A stretch of 32,000 nt of DNA from a virus, in IMG/VR virus record IMGVR_UViG_3300017971_000185, positions 288,694 to 320,693 of that record; one strand, given 5' to 3'. The position numbers and the translations under genes were made by a program. The stretch's first letter is position 1, and the number at the start of each line of letters is the position of its first letter. Of this stretch, positions 21,700-27,998 are shown piece after piece. The notes under the pieces were generated by a model. The model worked only from the letters and a program-made list of their open reading frames with translations. It did not search any database and was not told where the DNA came from.

Positions 21700-21996
21700 T
21701 CAGCGCAGCAACGGCAAGCCGCCGACTGCCTTTTTGATGGGTTGACGGTCGGCTACCGGCGGAATGCCGATTGCCATGATCTCTCCGCACCACGGCTCAT
21801 CGGGTTCCCGAATTGCGTGGTGTGGAATGTTGAAAAGCCGCAGCTTGTCCTCGATGAAGGACAAGTGCGGCTCGTCTCTCGCAGCTAGCGCTACGGCATG
21901 TGTCCCCGGAGGCAGTTGCCCCGGCGACGATTCTCCGGCAGCGTGGATGACCATCGCTGCCAGGACGCCCAACGGAAGGTCGCGGCGGACGATCAC
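21700..21996 (-). CDS. PTH2-like peptidyl-tRNA hydrolase domain protein (98 aa, divergent)
   Basis: VIVRRDLPLGVLAAMVIHAAG ... AVALAARDEPHLSFIEDKLRLFNIPHHAIREPD...EIMAIGIPPVADRQPIKKAVGGLPLL parallels the archaeal/eukaryotic Pth2 layout as I recall it (vvvvR.DL.mgkGK.aAQ..HA ... v.lkv.se.eL..l...a...gl....i.DAG.T....gt.TvlaiGP......id.vtg.LkLl). Confidence 0.5.
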   Translation of the reverse strand: MIVRRDLPLGVLAAMVIHAAGESSPGQLPPGTHAVALAARDEPHLSFIEDKLRLFNIPHHAIREPDEPWCGEIMAIGIPPVADRQPIKKAVGGLPLLR

Positions 21997-22013
21997 GTAG
22001 TGCGTCCAGAACG

Positions 22014-22088
22014 CGCGCTGAGAGGGGGTCGAACCCTCGACCTTCCGGGCGAATACCCCGGCTGCTCGGCCTACTGAGCTTCCAGCGC
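22014..22088 (-). tRNA. tRNA-like gene with 9-nt (or atypical 7-nt) anticodon loop; identity undetermined
   Basis: Minus-strand read: GCGCTGG AA GCTC AGTAGGCC GAGC A GCCGG GGTATTCGC CCGGA AGGTC GAGGG TTCGACC CCCTC TCAGCGC G. The acceptor, D and T arms are canonical. The anticodon region is not. Confidence 0.55.
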
Positions 22089-22234
22089 TGGCGTCTGCGG
22101 AGTCGCCTGGGGCGCTTCCGCGTGAATTCCGAGGTCCCTCAAGGGGCTGACTGTCATTCGGACTTCATCTGGGTCTCGACTCTAAGACCGGCCCCCGGTG
22201 GTGTCAAGGCCGCGCGAGTCGCGCTGTAAACTTC

Positions 22235-22456
22235 TTACCCACGGCTACCAAGGGATCCCGTCCGCGATTCCCGCGTAGAGGTGAGCCGTCTCAGGGCGTG
22301 GGCCGTAAAGGGTGCCGCTACTTTGAAGGAGGCAACACGGACGCCGGTACGCTGCGCAGGCTTGATTTGGTGCTCGGGGTTCTCAAGTATGCTGTCGACC
22401 ACGGTCAACGAGTGGTCTGGAATTAGCGCCGCTTTGGCACCTTGTTGATCAGCCAC
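22235..22456 (-). CDS. hypothetical protein (73 aa), weak
   Basis: ORF track only. Mixed composition. Overlaps the 3' end of the upstream ORF. Confidence 0.3.
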   Translation of the reverse strand: MADQQGAKAALIPDHSLTVVDSILENPEHQIKPAQRTGVRVASFKVAAPFTAHALRRLTSTRESRTGSLGSRG

Positions 22457-22623
22457 AGGGCCATGCGCTCCAGAAGTCCCAGCGGTCGTACTCTCAATTG
22501 TGTTGTGGAGCGGGCAAGGATTTTGACGTAATCCCCGTTCGTCAATTGAATGATATTTCCACGTCGGTAGTCGTGGCCGTCAGGATGTGGAATCCAAGGC
22601 ATCTTGTACTTGGGGAGTTGCAT
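22423..22623 (-). CDS. small basic protein (66 aa), paralogue of 28445..28645
   Basis: ORF track 22423..22680 (TTG). Starting at ATG 22623 gives the same 66-aa length as the paralogue. RGNIIQLTNGDYVKILARS aligns with DGAIVWTDKGWAKIIGRD. Confidence 0.5.
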   Translation of the reverse strand: MQLPKYKMPWIPHPDGHDYRRGNIIQLTNGDYVKILARSTTQLRVRPLGLLERMALWLINKVPKRR

Positions 22624-22866
22624 AGACCAAATAGAAAGGGCTTCCCCGTGAGGAAGCCCCGTGCTCGATGACGCGGCCAAAAAGTGACCGGCCTCGGTGC
22701 GGATACCTGGCCCGTATCCGACACTTCGCGCCCCGCTGCTTTTGGATCTACGATCCGGCCTTACAGCGATTGGGAGGAGTATAGATGGCCTGGGGGGCGC
22801 CCGTCAACGCGCCTGGCGCGCGAAGGTTGGTCTATTTTGTGCCGATTCGGCGTATTCTGTAGGTGG

Positions 22867-23253
22867 ATGATGGTCGAATTGGAACATCCTCTGGAGTCGA
22901 TCGCGGCTGTGATGGCGTTCTCCACTCTAGACATGAAGCGGAAGTCCCAAGCAGCTTGGGAGGGGGATCGTGTGTGGAACAGCATTGCAGTTTCGCCGGA
23001 CAGGCCCCCGATTGATTGGTTGTCCGATCCAAGACTCGCGTGGGTTTGGGGTGTCGTCCACGGCTGGGGTCCAGAAGACGAGGACTGGCATAGAGCGGCC
23101 AACGTAATCGGTTGGGATGATAGCACTCTCGATCGTTTGCGACGACTTCATCGCAAGTACCGGAATCTTCGTGCTAGTCAGATTGTACGTTCCTACATGA
23201 AGATGATCGGCATTGCAGAGGAGACTGCTCGTGATCTGGGAGATCTTCCATGA
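22867..23253 (+). CDS. hypothetical protein (128 aa from ATG 22867)
   Basis: ORF track 22684..23253. The first 61 aa are R/P/S-rich. ATG at 22867 follows AGGTGG. Confidence 0.6.
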   Translation: MMVELEHPLESIAAVMAFSTLDMKRKSQAAWEGDRVWNSIAVSPDRPPIDWLSDPRLAWVWGVVHGWGPEDEDWHRAANVIGWDDSTLDRLRRLHRKYRNLRASQIVRSYMKMIGIAEETARDLGDLP

Positions 23254-23450
23254 ATGAACAGAAGCAAACGTGGTTTCCTCTCGACGCCAGCACGACGGAA
23301 CAGCATCGTGCTTGGGGGCTTTTGGTGTACCGCAATGACGGACAGACACGAGGGCACGTAGCGGGCACCATTGTGATGGCTCGCATGGGTGAGGCCAGTG
23401 GGGTGGTGTTTGTGCCGCATGAGCTAATGCCCGCGCCTCGAAAGGGATGA
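23250..23450 (+). CDS. hypothetical protein (66 aa)
   Basis: ORF track. ATGA overlap with the upstream stop. Confidence 0.55.
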   Translation: MNEQKQTWFPLDASTTEQHRAWGLLVYRNDGQTRGHVAGTIVMARMGEASGVVFVPHELMPAPRKG

Positions 23451-23626
23451 CAGTCGAGCACATCCAGAGCGCCGTGGTTCACTCCTGGCGCTGCACGGTC
23501 TGCAAGTACGAGTGGGATGTCTACGGAGGAGACCCCTACGACTACGACCCGGATGAGGAGCCGGTAGGTCCGGTGCCGGACAGTTGTCCTCGTTGCGGGC
23601 CTTGGCAGCCTACCGTCACTCGATAG
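23447..23626 (+). CDS. small zinc-ribbon protein (59 aa)
   Basis: Below the cutoff. ATGA overlap. Motifs CTVC...CPRC. Confidence 0.5.
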   Translation: MTVEHIQSAVVHSWRCTVCKYEWDVYGGDPYDYDPDEEPVGPVPDSCPRCGPWQPTVTR

Positions 23627-24305
23627 GAGCCCAGGCCCACTCTGCGGTAGCCGTGAATTTCGCCCGGAAGGGGAACGTGATCTGTCGCGTGTCTGCCCTG
23701 ATTCGTCTGGGAGGAACGGCGAGGTTGTCCCAATCGGGGAACAGGATGTCCCAAGCCCCTACGTTGCTCTCTTGAGCCATCCAGTCTTCCCAAGTCTCCT
23801 CATCATCGATCACGCGCCCTACTCTCGGCCACTCGGCGTGCTCGATGATCACCCAGGACCAGACCTTGGGGAAGTGCCGGTTGAGCACCATGGTCTCTAG
23901 CTTGCTCTCGATGATGAGAAAGTCACGTCCGCTTACCCGCGTCCGCATGGCTCGCCGCATGCTTTTCAGGGGGTAGCGGATCACTCCAGTCGTGTAGGCT
24001 GCGACGGTGCCCTTCACATCGCGTCGTTCGTGCTGAGCTTTTTCTGCGTCATCGGCAAGATTCTGAAAAGTGCTCTTGTCGGCTTGCGTCACTTGCCGAA
24101 CAATGTAGTTGTCTGCGTCGTTCGCCGCAGCGATCAGAGCCTTGACCAGCTTGGGAAGGATGGTTCGCGCCTGATCTTCGAATACTTCTTTCGCGAGCGA
24201 CTGGAGCGCCGAAGGAGGGGCTGCCTTCTTGAGCAAAGGAAGCAAGCCTTCCCGAAGTTGCGGTTGTTGCTGGGCGAGCCGGAGAATGCTGCGTCGTAGG
24301 CTCAT
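23616..24305 (-). CDS. LRK-NPG-LLPLL N-terminal-module family protein, divergent member (229 aa)
   Basis: MSLRRSILRLAQQQPQLREGLLPLL at the N-terminus. Confidence 0.7.
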   Translation of the reverse strand: MSLRRSILRLAQQQPQLREGLLPLLKKAAPPSALQSLAKEVFEDQARTILPKLVKALIAAANDADNYIVRQVTQADKSTFQNLADDAEKAQHERRDVKGTVAAYTTGVIRYPLKSMRRAMRTRVSGRDFLIIESKLETMVLNRHFPKVWSWVIIEHAEWPRVGRVIDDEETWEDWMAQESNVGAWDILFPDWDNLAVPPRRIRADTRQITFPFRAKFTATAEWAWAPIE

Positions 24306-24370
24306 GGTCCTACTTCACGATCTTCCATAGCCTACCTATCGAGAGGCTGTTTGGGGTAAGGTGTTCTATC

Positions 24371-24562
24371 ATGGTGTTGGAAGCACTACCGAAGACGGAG
24401 CGCATTCGGCGGCTGATAAAGAAGGCGGATTTGGCAGTTGAGCTTGCGAGGCTGTCGCTCCCAGCGCACTCGAGTCTTGAGGAAGTTGAGGAGAAAGCTC
24501 TCAAGTACATGAGTCTCACGAACAAGGAGATTCAGGCTCGGATTCGGAAGAAGCAGAAGTAA
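24371..24562 (+). CDS. hypothetical small protein (63 aa)
   Basis: ORF track. K/E-rich and helical-looking. Divergent from 23616..24305. Confidence 0.45.
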   Translation: MVLEALPKTERIRRLIKKADLAVELARLSLPAHSSLEEVEEKALKYMSLTNKEIQARIRKKQK

Positions 24563-24588
24563 CGTGGATTCGTGGGCGTGTGTGTAAG

Positions 24589-25008
24589 ATGAGAGATGCG
24601 TGGGACGTGGAGGGCGAGGAGTCCGTAGCTCTCGTGAAGTGGTGTGACAAGCGGAAGTGCCTCCGAATCGGCGTACCACAAGGCGGCTGCCGAGGAGCTA
24701 GCGGTGCAAACGGGAGAGCAGAAACCCCGATAACGCTCGGGGCCGGCGGCCCGTCTCTACCCGTTTGCGAGGTCGGCTTTGGACGGAGCCGAGGTCAACC
24801 TATCCTCGCTCCAGTATACCCTTGCATTTGCTCAGGGAGTCGTGTAGAAGGTGATCAGAGGTCAACATGTTCATCCTCAGCCGTCGAATATCCAAGCCTG
24901 TCGCCCCCGTTCCCAGCGGTATGGGTGTCGTCGTCGTGCGCTTGGCGTTTGACAGGCGACGGTGAACGCCAGGCTCAAGGACCGCGGAACGGGCGTATAG
25001 GCCCGTAG
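24589..25008 (+). pseudogene. possible degenerate VRR-NUC-like nuclease ORF
   Basis: MRDAWDVEGEESVALVKWCDKRKCLRIGVPQGGCRG...LGAGGPSLPVCEVGFGRSRGQP loosely follows the VRR-NUC pattern (E..q.alv.w......ipNGG.R....G...G.PDl....iEvK...g.ls..Q). It has PSL for PDL and EVG for E-x-K. The tail is S/C/R-rich and runs into the tRNA. Confidence 0.25.
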
Positions 25009-25072
25009 CTCAGTCGGTTAGAGCGTGGGGCTCATAACCCCGTGGTCCTCGGTTCAATCCCGAGCGGGCCTA
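24999..25072 (+). tRNA. tRNA with CAT anticodon (Met or lysidine-dependent Ile2)
   Basis: AGGCCCG TA GCTC AGTCGGTTA GAGC G TGGGG CTCATAA CCCCG TGGTC CTCGG TTCAATC CCGAG CGGGCCT A. Full cloverleaf. No encoded CCA. Confidence 0.85.
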
Positions 25073-25087
25073 CGAAAAGCATTCAAG

Positions 25088-25161
25088 GAGGACGTATCGG
25101 CCCAGTCTCCTAAACTGGCAAGCCGTAATGGATGATGGGGGTTCGAGTCCCTCCGTCCTCA
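25088..25161 (+). tRNA. non-canonical 74-nt tRNA-like element carrying a CCT (Arg) anticodon-type hairpin
   Basis: Perfect acceptor GAGGACG/CGTCCTC plus discriminator A. T arm GGGGG-TTCGAGT-CCCTC. The hairpin CCAGT-CTCCTAA-ACTGG (25102-25118) is displaced toward the 5' end and no D arm sits in the normal place. Confidence 0.4.
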
Positions 25162-25195
25162 CTATACCGAGGTTCAAATCCTGCCGGGGACGCCA
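25162..25195 (+). other. tRNA 3'-half-like fragment (GGTTCAAATCC ... GGGGACG-CCA)
   Basis: T-loop consensus with a poorly paired stem. GGGGACG (25186-25192) is complementary to CGTCCTC (25154-25160) and is followed by CCA. Confidence 0.4.
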
Positions 25196-25204
25196 AGGAG
25201 AAAC

Positions 25205-25477
25205 ATGAAGAGACGCACGTTCATAGGCAGCCTGTTCGCGGCCCTTGGAGCGATCTGCTTCCCTTGGAAGAGACGCAAGCGCAAGAAGTCTCTAGAGGAG
25301 ATCAAGCAGGAGATCCTCATGGAGTACTTTCGTTCTCCTCAAGCACGAGGGAAACTGGCTGTAGGTATGGCTTTCCCTCTCCGAATGCGTCGCAACTATG
25401 CAGAGATTGGCAAGAGGATCTTTCTTGTGGAGGAATTGCCATCGGGCGCTCTCCCCTTCTACGACAGGGAGCCATGA
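25205..25477 (+). CDS. small protein with twin-arginine-like N-terminus (90 aa)
   Basis: AAGGAG lies 4 nt before the ATG. MKRRTFIGSLFAALGAICFPW is followed by KRRKRKK. Confidence 0.55.
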   Translation: MKRRTFIGSLFAALGAICFPWKRRKRKKSLEEIKQEILMEYFRSPQARGKLAVGMAFPLRMRRNYAEIGKRIFLVEELPSGALPFYDREP

Positions 25478-25674
25478 AAGAGCACTGTACCAGACATCTC
25501 CGAAAAGGGATCAAGAAGCCAGCCGTGTACATCCTCGAAGGCGGGCTATGCGAGACTTGTTGGATCGATTGGTGGATCGAAGGACTGCACATCGAGAACC
25601 CGAGAGAACGAGCCAAAGTACGTCGAGAGACAAAAGCTGCCTTAAGGAGAAGACGCAAGCGAAAGGCCGGGTAG
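25474..25674 (+). CDS. small basic Cys-containing protein (66 aa)
   Basis: ATG at 25474 is in an ATGA overlap. MKEHCTRHLRKGIKKPAVYILEGGLCETCW.... The last 10 nt overlap tRNA-Val. Confidence 0.5.
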   Translation: MKEHCTRHLRKGIKKPAVYILEGGLCETCWIDWWIEGLHIENPRERAKVRRETKAALRRRRKRKAG

Positions 25675-25741
25675 CTCAGATGGTTAGAGCACCATCCCGA
25701 CACGGTGGGGGTCCTCGGTTCGATCCCGAGCCCGGTCACCA
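25665..25741 (+). tRNA. tRNA-Val (GAC), CCA encoded, C at position 33
   Basis: GGCCGGG TA GCTC AGATGGTTA GAGC A CCATC CCGACAC GGTGG GGGTC CTCGG TTCGATC CCGAG CCCGGTC A CCA. Confidence 0.8.
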
Positions 25742-25742
25742 C

Positions 25743-25817
25743 GTTCCTGTAGCTCAGCCCGGACAGAGCGTCACGTTCCGAACGTGAGGGGCGTAGGTTC
25801 AAATCCTACCAGGAACG
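25743..25817 (+). tRNA. tRNA-Arg (CCG)
   Basis: GTTCCTG TA GCTC AGCCCGGACA GAGC G TCACG TTCCGAA CGTGA GGGGC GTAGG TTCAAAT CCTAC CAGGAAC G. Starts 1 nt after the CCA of tRNA-Val. Confidence 0.85.
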
Positions 25818-25878
25818 CAAGTATACTTTCTGCCGAAACTCACGTAGACAAGAGCGTGTGGAGACGACACAAACCTCT

Positions 25879-26187
25879 TCAACGAGCTACTGTAGGAGGT
25901 AAGCTATGGGCATGCCCCAAAAGGGTTCCCGTACGCGCTTGAAGGATGAAGATGCCGTCGTGTCCCTCTTCGTCATGCGCGACGCCAGCTTCTAGTTGTA
26001 CGTTTCCGCCATCGGGAGGCACACGGAATTCTTGCTCCTCTCCGAACCGGCTGCCCGCTTCGCCCGGCTCACCCGGCTCGCCTCCAAGGTCCGCCTGGAT
26101 CTTGCCTTCGCCGCCCGGCGTGAGAATGACATCATCAGGATGGGATTCTTGTGGGTTTGTGATCTCTGGCACGTTCCACTCTACCAA
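25879..26187 (-). CDS. hypothetical acidic G/E/P-rich protein (102 aa)
   Basis: ORF track. TTG start overlaps the upstream stop. Confidence 0.4.
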   Translation of the reverse strand: MVEWNVPEITNPQESHPDDVILTPGGEGKIQADLGGEPGEPGEAGSRFGEEQEFRVPPDGGNVQLEAGVAHDEEGHDGIFILQARTGTLLGHAHSLPPTVAR

Positions 26188-26399
26188 CCAGAGGTATCGG
26201 GATTTGCCAGCATGGCGTGGCGCTCAGCCACACGTCGGGAGCGTCTGAGGCATCGTGGCTTGCCGTCGATGGGTTTGCCGTCGAGGTACACGAGGTAGTC
26301 GTCTGTTCGCTGTTGTTTCACCGGACGAATTTCGTAGCCCTTCCACGTGTACGTGTACGACGTGTTTCCTTTATCCAGGCGAGGGACCCACGTAGCCAT
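26181..26399 (-). CDS. hypothetical small protein (72 aa from ATG 26399)
   Basis: ORF track 26181..26420. MATWVPRLDKGNTSYTYTWKGYEIRPVK.... Confidence 0.5.
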   Translation of the reverse strand: MATWVPRLDKGNTSYTYTWKGYEIRPVKQQRTDDYLVYLDGKPIDGKPRCLRRSRRVAERHAMLANPDTSGW

Positions 26400-26458
26400 G
26401 CTTCTCTCAAGAGAACACAATACGCTCAGTACCGATCCAGATGGTGTAGAATAGGGCA

Positions 26459-26653
26459 GTGGACGATTACCGCAAGATCGACGCAGCGGTTCCCGTAGCG
26501 AGGAAGAAGAACCTCACCATCCGCATGGCTTGCTTCAGCGAAGAAGAAGCACGAGCACTAGAGGACTACGCGAAGAACAAGTACCCGGATGTTTCGTTCC
26601 AATTCACTTGGCTCACGTTTTTCGATCCCAATGAAACAGACGCTAACAACTGA
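26459..26653 (+). CDS. hypothetical small protein (64 aa)
   Basis: ORF track (GTG start). Protein-like. Confidence 0.5.
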   Translation: MDDYRKIDAAVPVARKKNLTIRMACFSEEEARALEDYAKNKYPDVSFQFTWLTFFDPNETDANN

Positions 26654-26870
26654 AGAAGTGCTACGACAGCGCGTTCAAGGTGCCATCCGCGAGGAGATTC
26701 GGTTGCGCATAGTATGGGAAAATGCGGTAGAGCGTGCCAAGACAGGCGCTCCTGGTGCGCGGCATGCCGAAGAGGACGCTGCGTATGCCCTCGGCCTAGC
26801 TCGCAAACAAGTGAACGAGCAAATGCGGCAGTTGATGGAGCACTGTCGCCGGAGGTACGGATACGGCTAG
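26631..26870 (+). CDS. hypothetical small protein (79 aa from ATG 26631)
   Basis: ORF track 26589..26870. MKQTLTTEEVLRQRVQGAIREEIRLRIVWEN.... Confidence 0.5.
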   Translation: MKQTLTTEEVLRQRVQGAIREEIRLRIVWENAVERAKTGAPGARHAEEDAAYALGLARKQVNEQMRQLMEHCRRRYGYG

Positions 26871-27796
26871 TAGAGGTTTCTGATCTCAGGCGCAGCCGTG
26901 AACAGGCGGCAATGCGTTCCCGGTGTATAGTACCGTAACTGCAAACCGTTGCGAGCTAGTGCATGGTGGACGGGAGGATCCGAGATGCGCGTCGTGTTCT
27001 GCTGACAGGCGAACGTCGTTGTCCACGTTGCGTTGAAGGACGGGATGTACTCGTAAGCGGTTCGCGTCACACGGAAGGCTGAGCGGATGGTCTTGATGAT
27101 TTCGACGTGGTGAGCATCGAGGGGACCGCTCAGGCGGATGCCTCCTGTCTGTGCGGCAAAGATGCCTCTGTCACGCAGTTTCCCGCCAATGGCCGAGAAG
27201 AAGTCCTTGGTGAACAACCGCTCAGAGAGATTGTTGCTGTCGCCCGTGTCATCGTAGGGCTCAGTGAGATCGGAGATGATCACGTTCCAAGTCTGGTTCT
27301 CGTTGAGCACAGTGGACGCGTCGGAGATGCGGACGGTAACGCGCTCGTCCTCGAATGCGCCGTGTGTCCATTCGGGAAAGAGCACCTTGAAGGTCTCGAT
27401 CATGTCTTCATCGATCTCGACCAAGCAGACTTCTTTCACGTCGGGCCACTTGAGCACTTCGCGGAGAGCACAGCCATCGCCGCCACCGAGGATGAGCACA
27501 CGCCCGATGTTCTGGGCCATGACCATGGCCGGATGCACGAGCATGTCGTGGTAGATATACTCGTCACTCTCCGCAACCTGGATGCGCCCGTCTAGAATCA
27601 GAGTGCGTCCGAGGTCCGCGAAGTCTGCTAGCTGGATGAGTTGGTACTCGCTTTGCTTTTCGTAGAGGAGATCGCGGATACCCCACAGAGCGAAGAAGGA
27701 TTCGCTCTCTGCCTCAAGAAACCAGCGCGGCTGTCGAGTCTCCAGCAAGTGCGGCAGAGATTCCAACGGACTAAAGATTCGGTTGGCTGGTATCAC
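26867..27796 (-). CDS. spermidine synthase-like (polyamine aminopropyltransferase fold) protein
   Basis: VLILGGGDGCALREVLKW, VCLVEIDEDMIE and VIISDLTEP match the GGGDGG / (V/I)EID / D-x-x-(D/E)P motifs of the spermidine synthase family. GTG at 27796 is in a GTGA overlap downstream of AAGGAGG. Confidence 0.8.
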   Translation of the reverse strand: MIPANRIFSPLESLPHLLETRQPRWFLEAESESFFALWGIRDLLYEKQSEYQLIQLADFADLGRTLILDGRIQVAESDEYIYHDMLVHPAMVMAQNIGRVLILGGGDGCALREVLKWPDVKEVCLVEIDEDMIETFKVLFPEWTHGAFEDERVTVRISDASTVLNENQTWNVIISDLTEPYDDTGDSNNLSERLFTKDFFSAIGGKLRDRGIFAAQTGGIRLSGPLDAHHVEIIKTIRSAFRVTRTAYEYIPSFNATWTTTFACQQNTTRISDPPVHHALARNGLQLRYYTPGTHCRLFTAAPEIRNLY

Positions 27797-27990
27797 CAAC
27801 GGAGTCCCTCCTTGCGCCGTTGTTCTTGCTCCTCGCAGACGCTCCGAAGCTGGCTCCAATTGCGGATGACGTTGAGATCGTCCAGGGCTTCTTTGGTTTC
27901 CTGGGTCATCGTGGCTTGGAAAGGCAGCCGATCGTCGTTGCGGAAGCTCTCGCTCGCGTAGTTGAAGGTCGTGATGTTTTGCCGTCTCAC
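27793..27990 (-). CDS. hypothetical small protein (65 aa)
   Basis: ORF track (GTG start). Coupled to the downstream spermidine-synthase-like gene. Confidence 0.5.
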   Translation of the reverse strand: MRRQNITTFNYASESFRNDDRLPFQATMTQETKEALDDLNVIRNWSQLRSVCEEQEQRRKEGLRW

Positions 27991-27998
27991 ACTCTACC

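Noticed and set aside
22014-25195. Prophage attachment site at a tRNA (tRNA genes plus the partial tRNA 3' fragment)
   Set aside because: There is no integrase in the window. I could not find a duplicated tRNA 3' segment matching any of the intact tRNAs. Genes on both sides look like the same kind of ORFan content.
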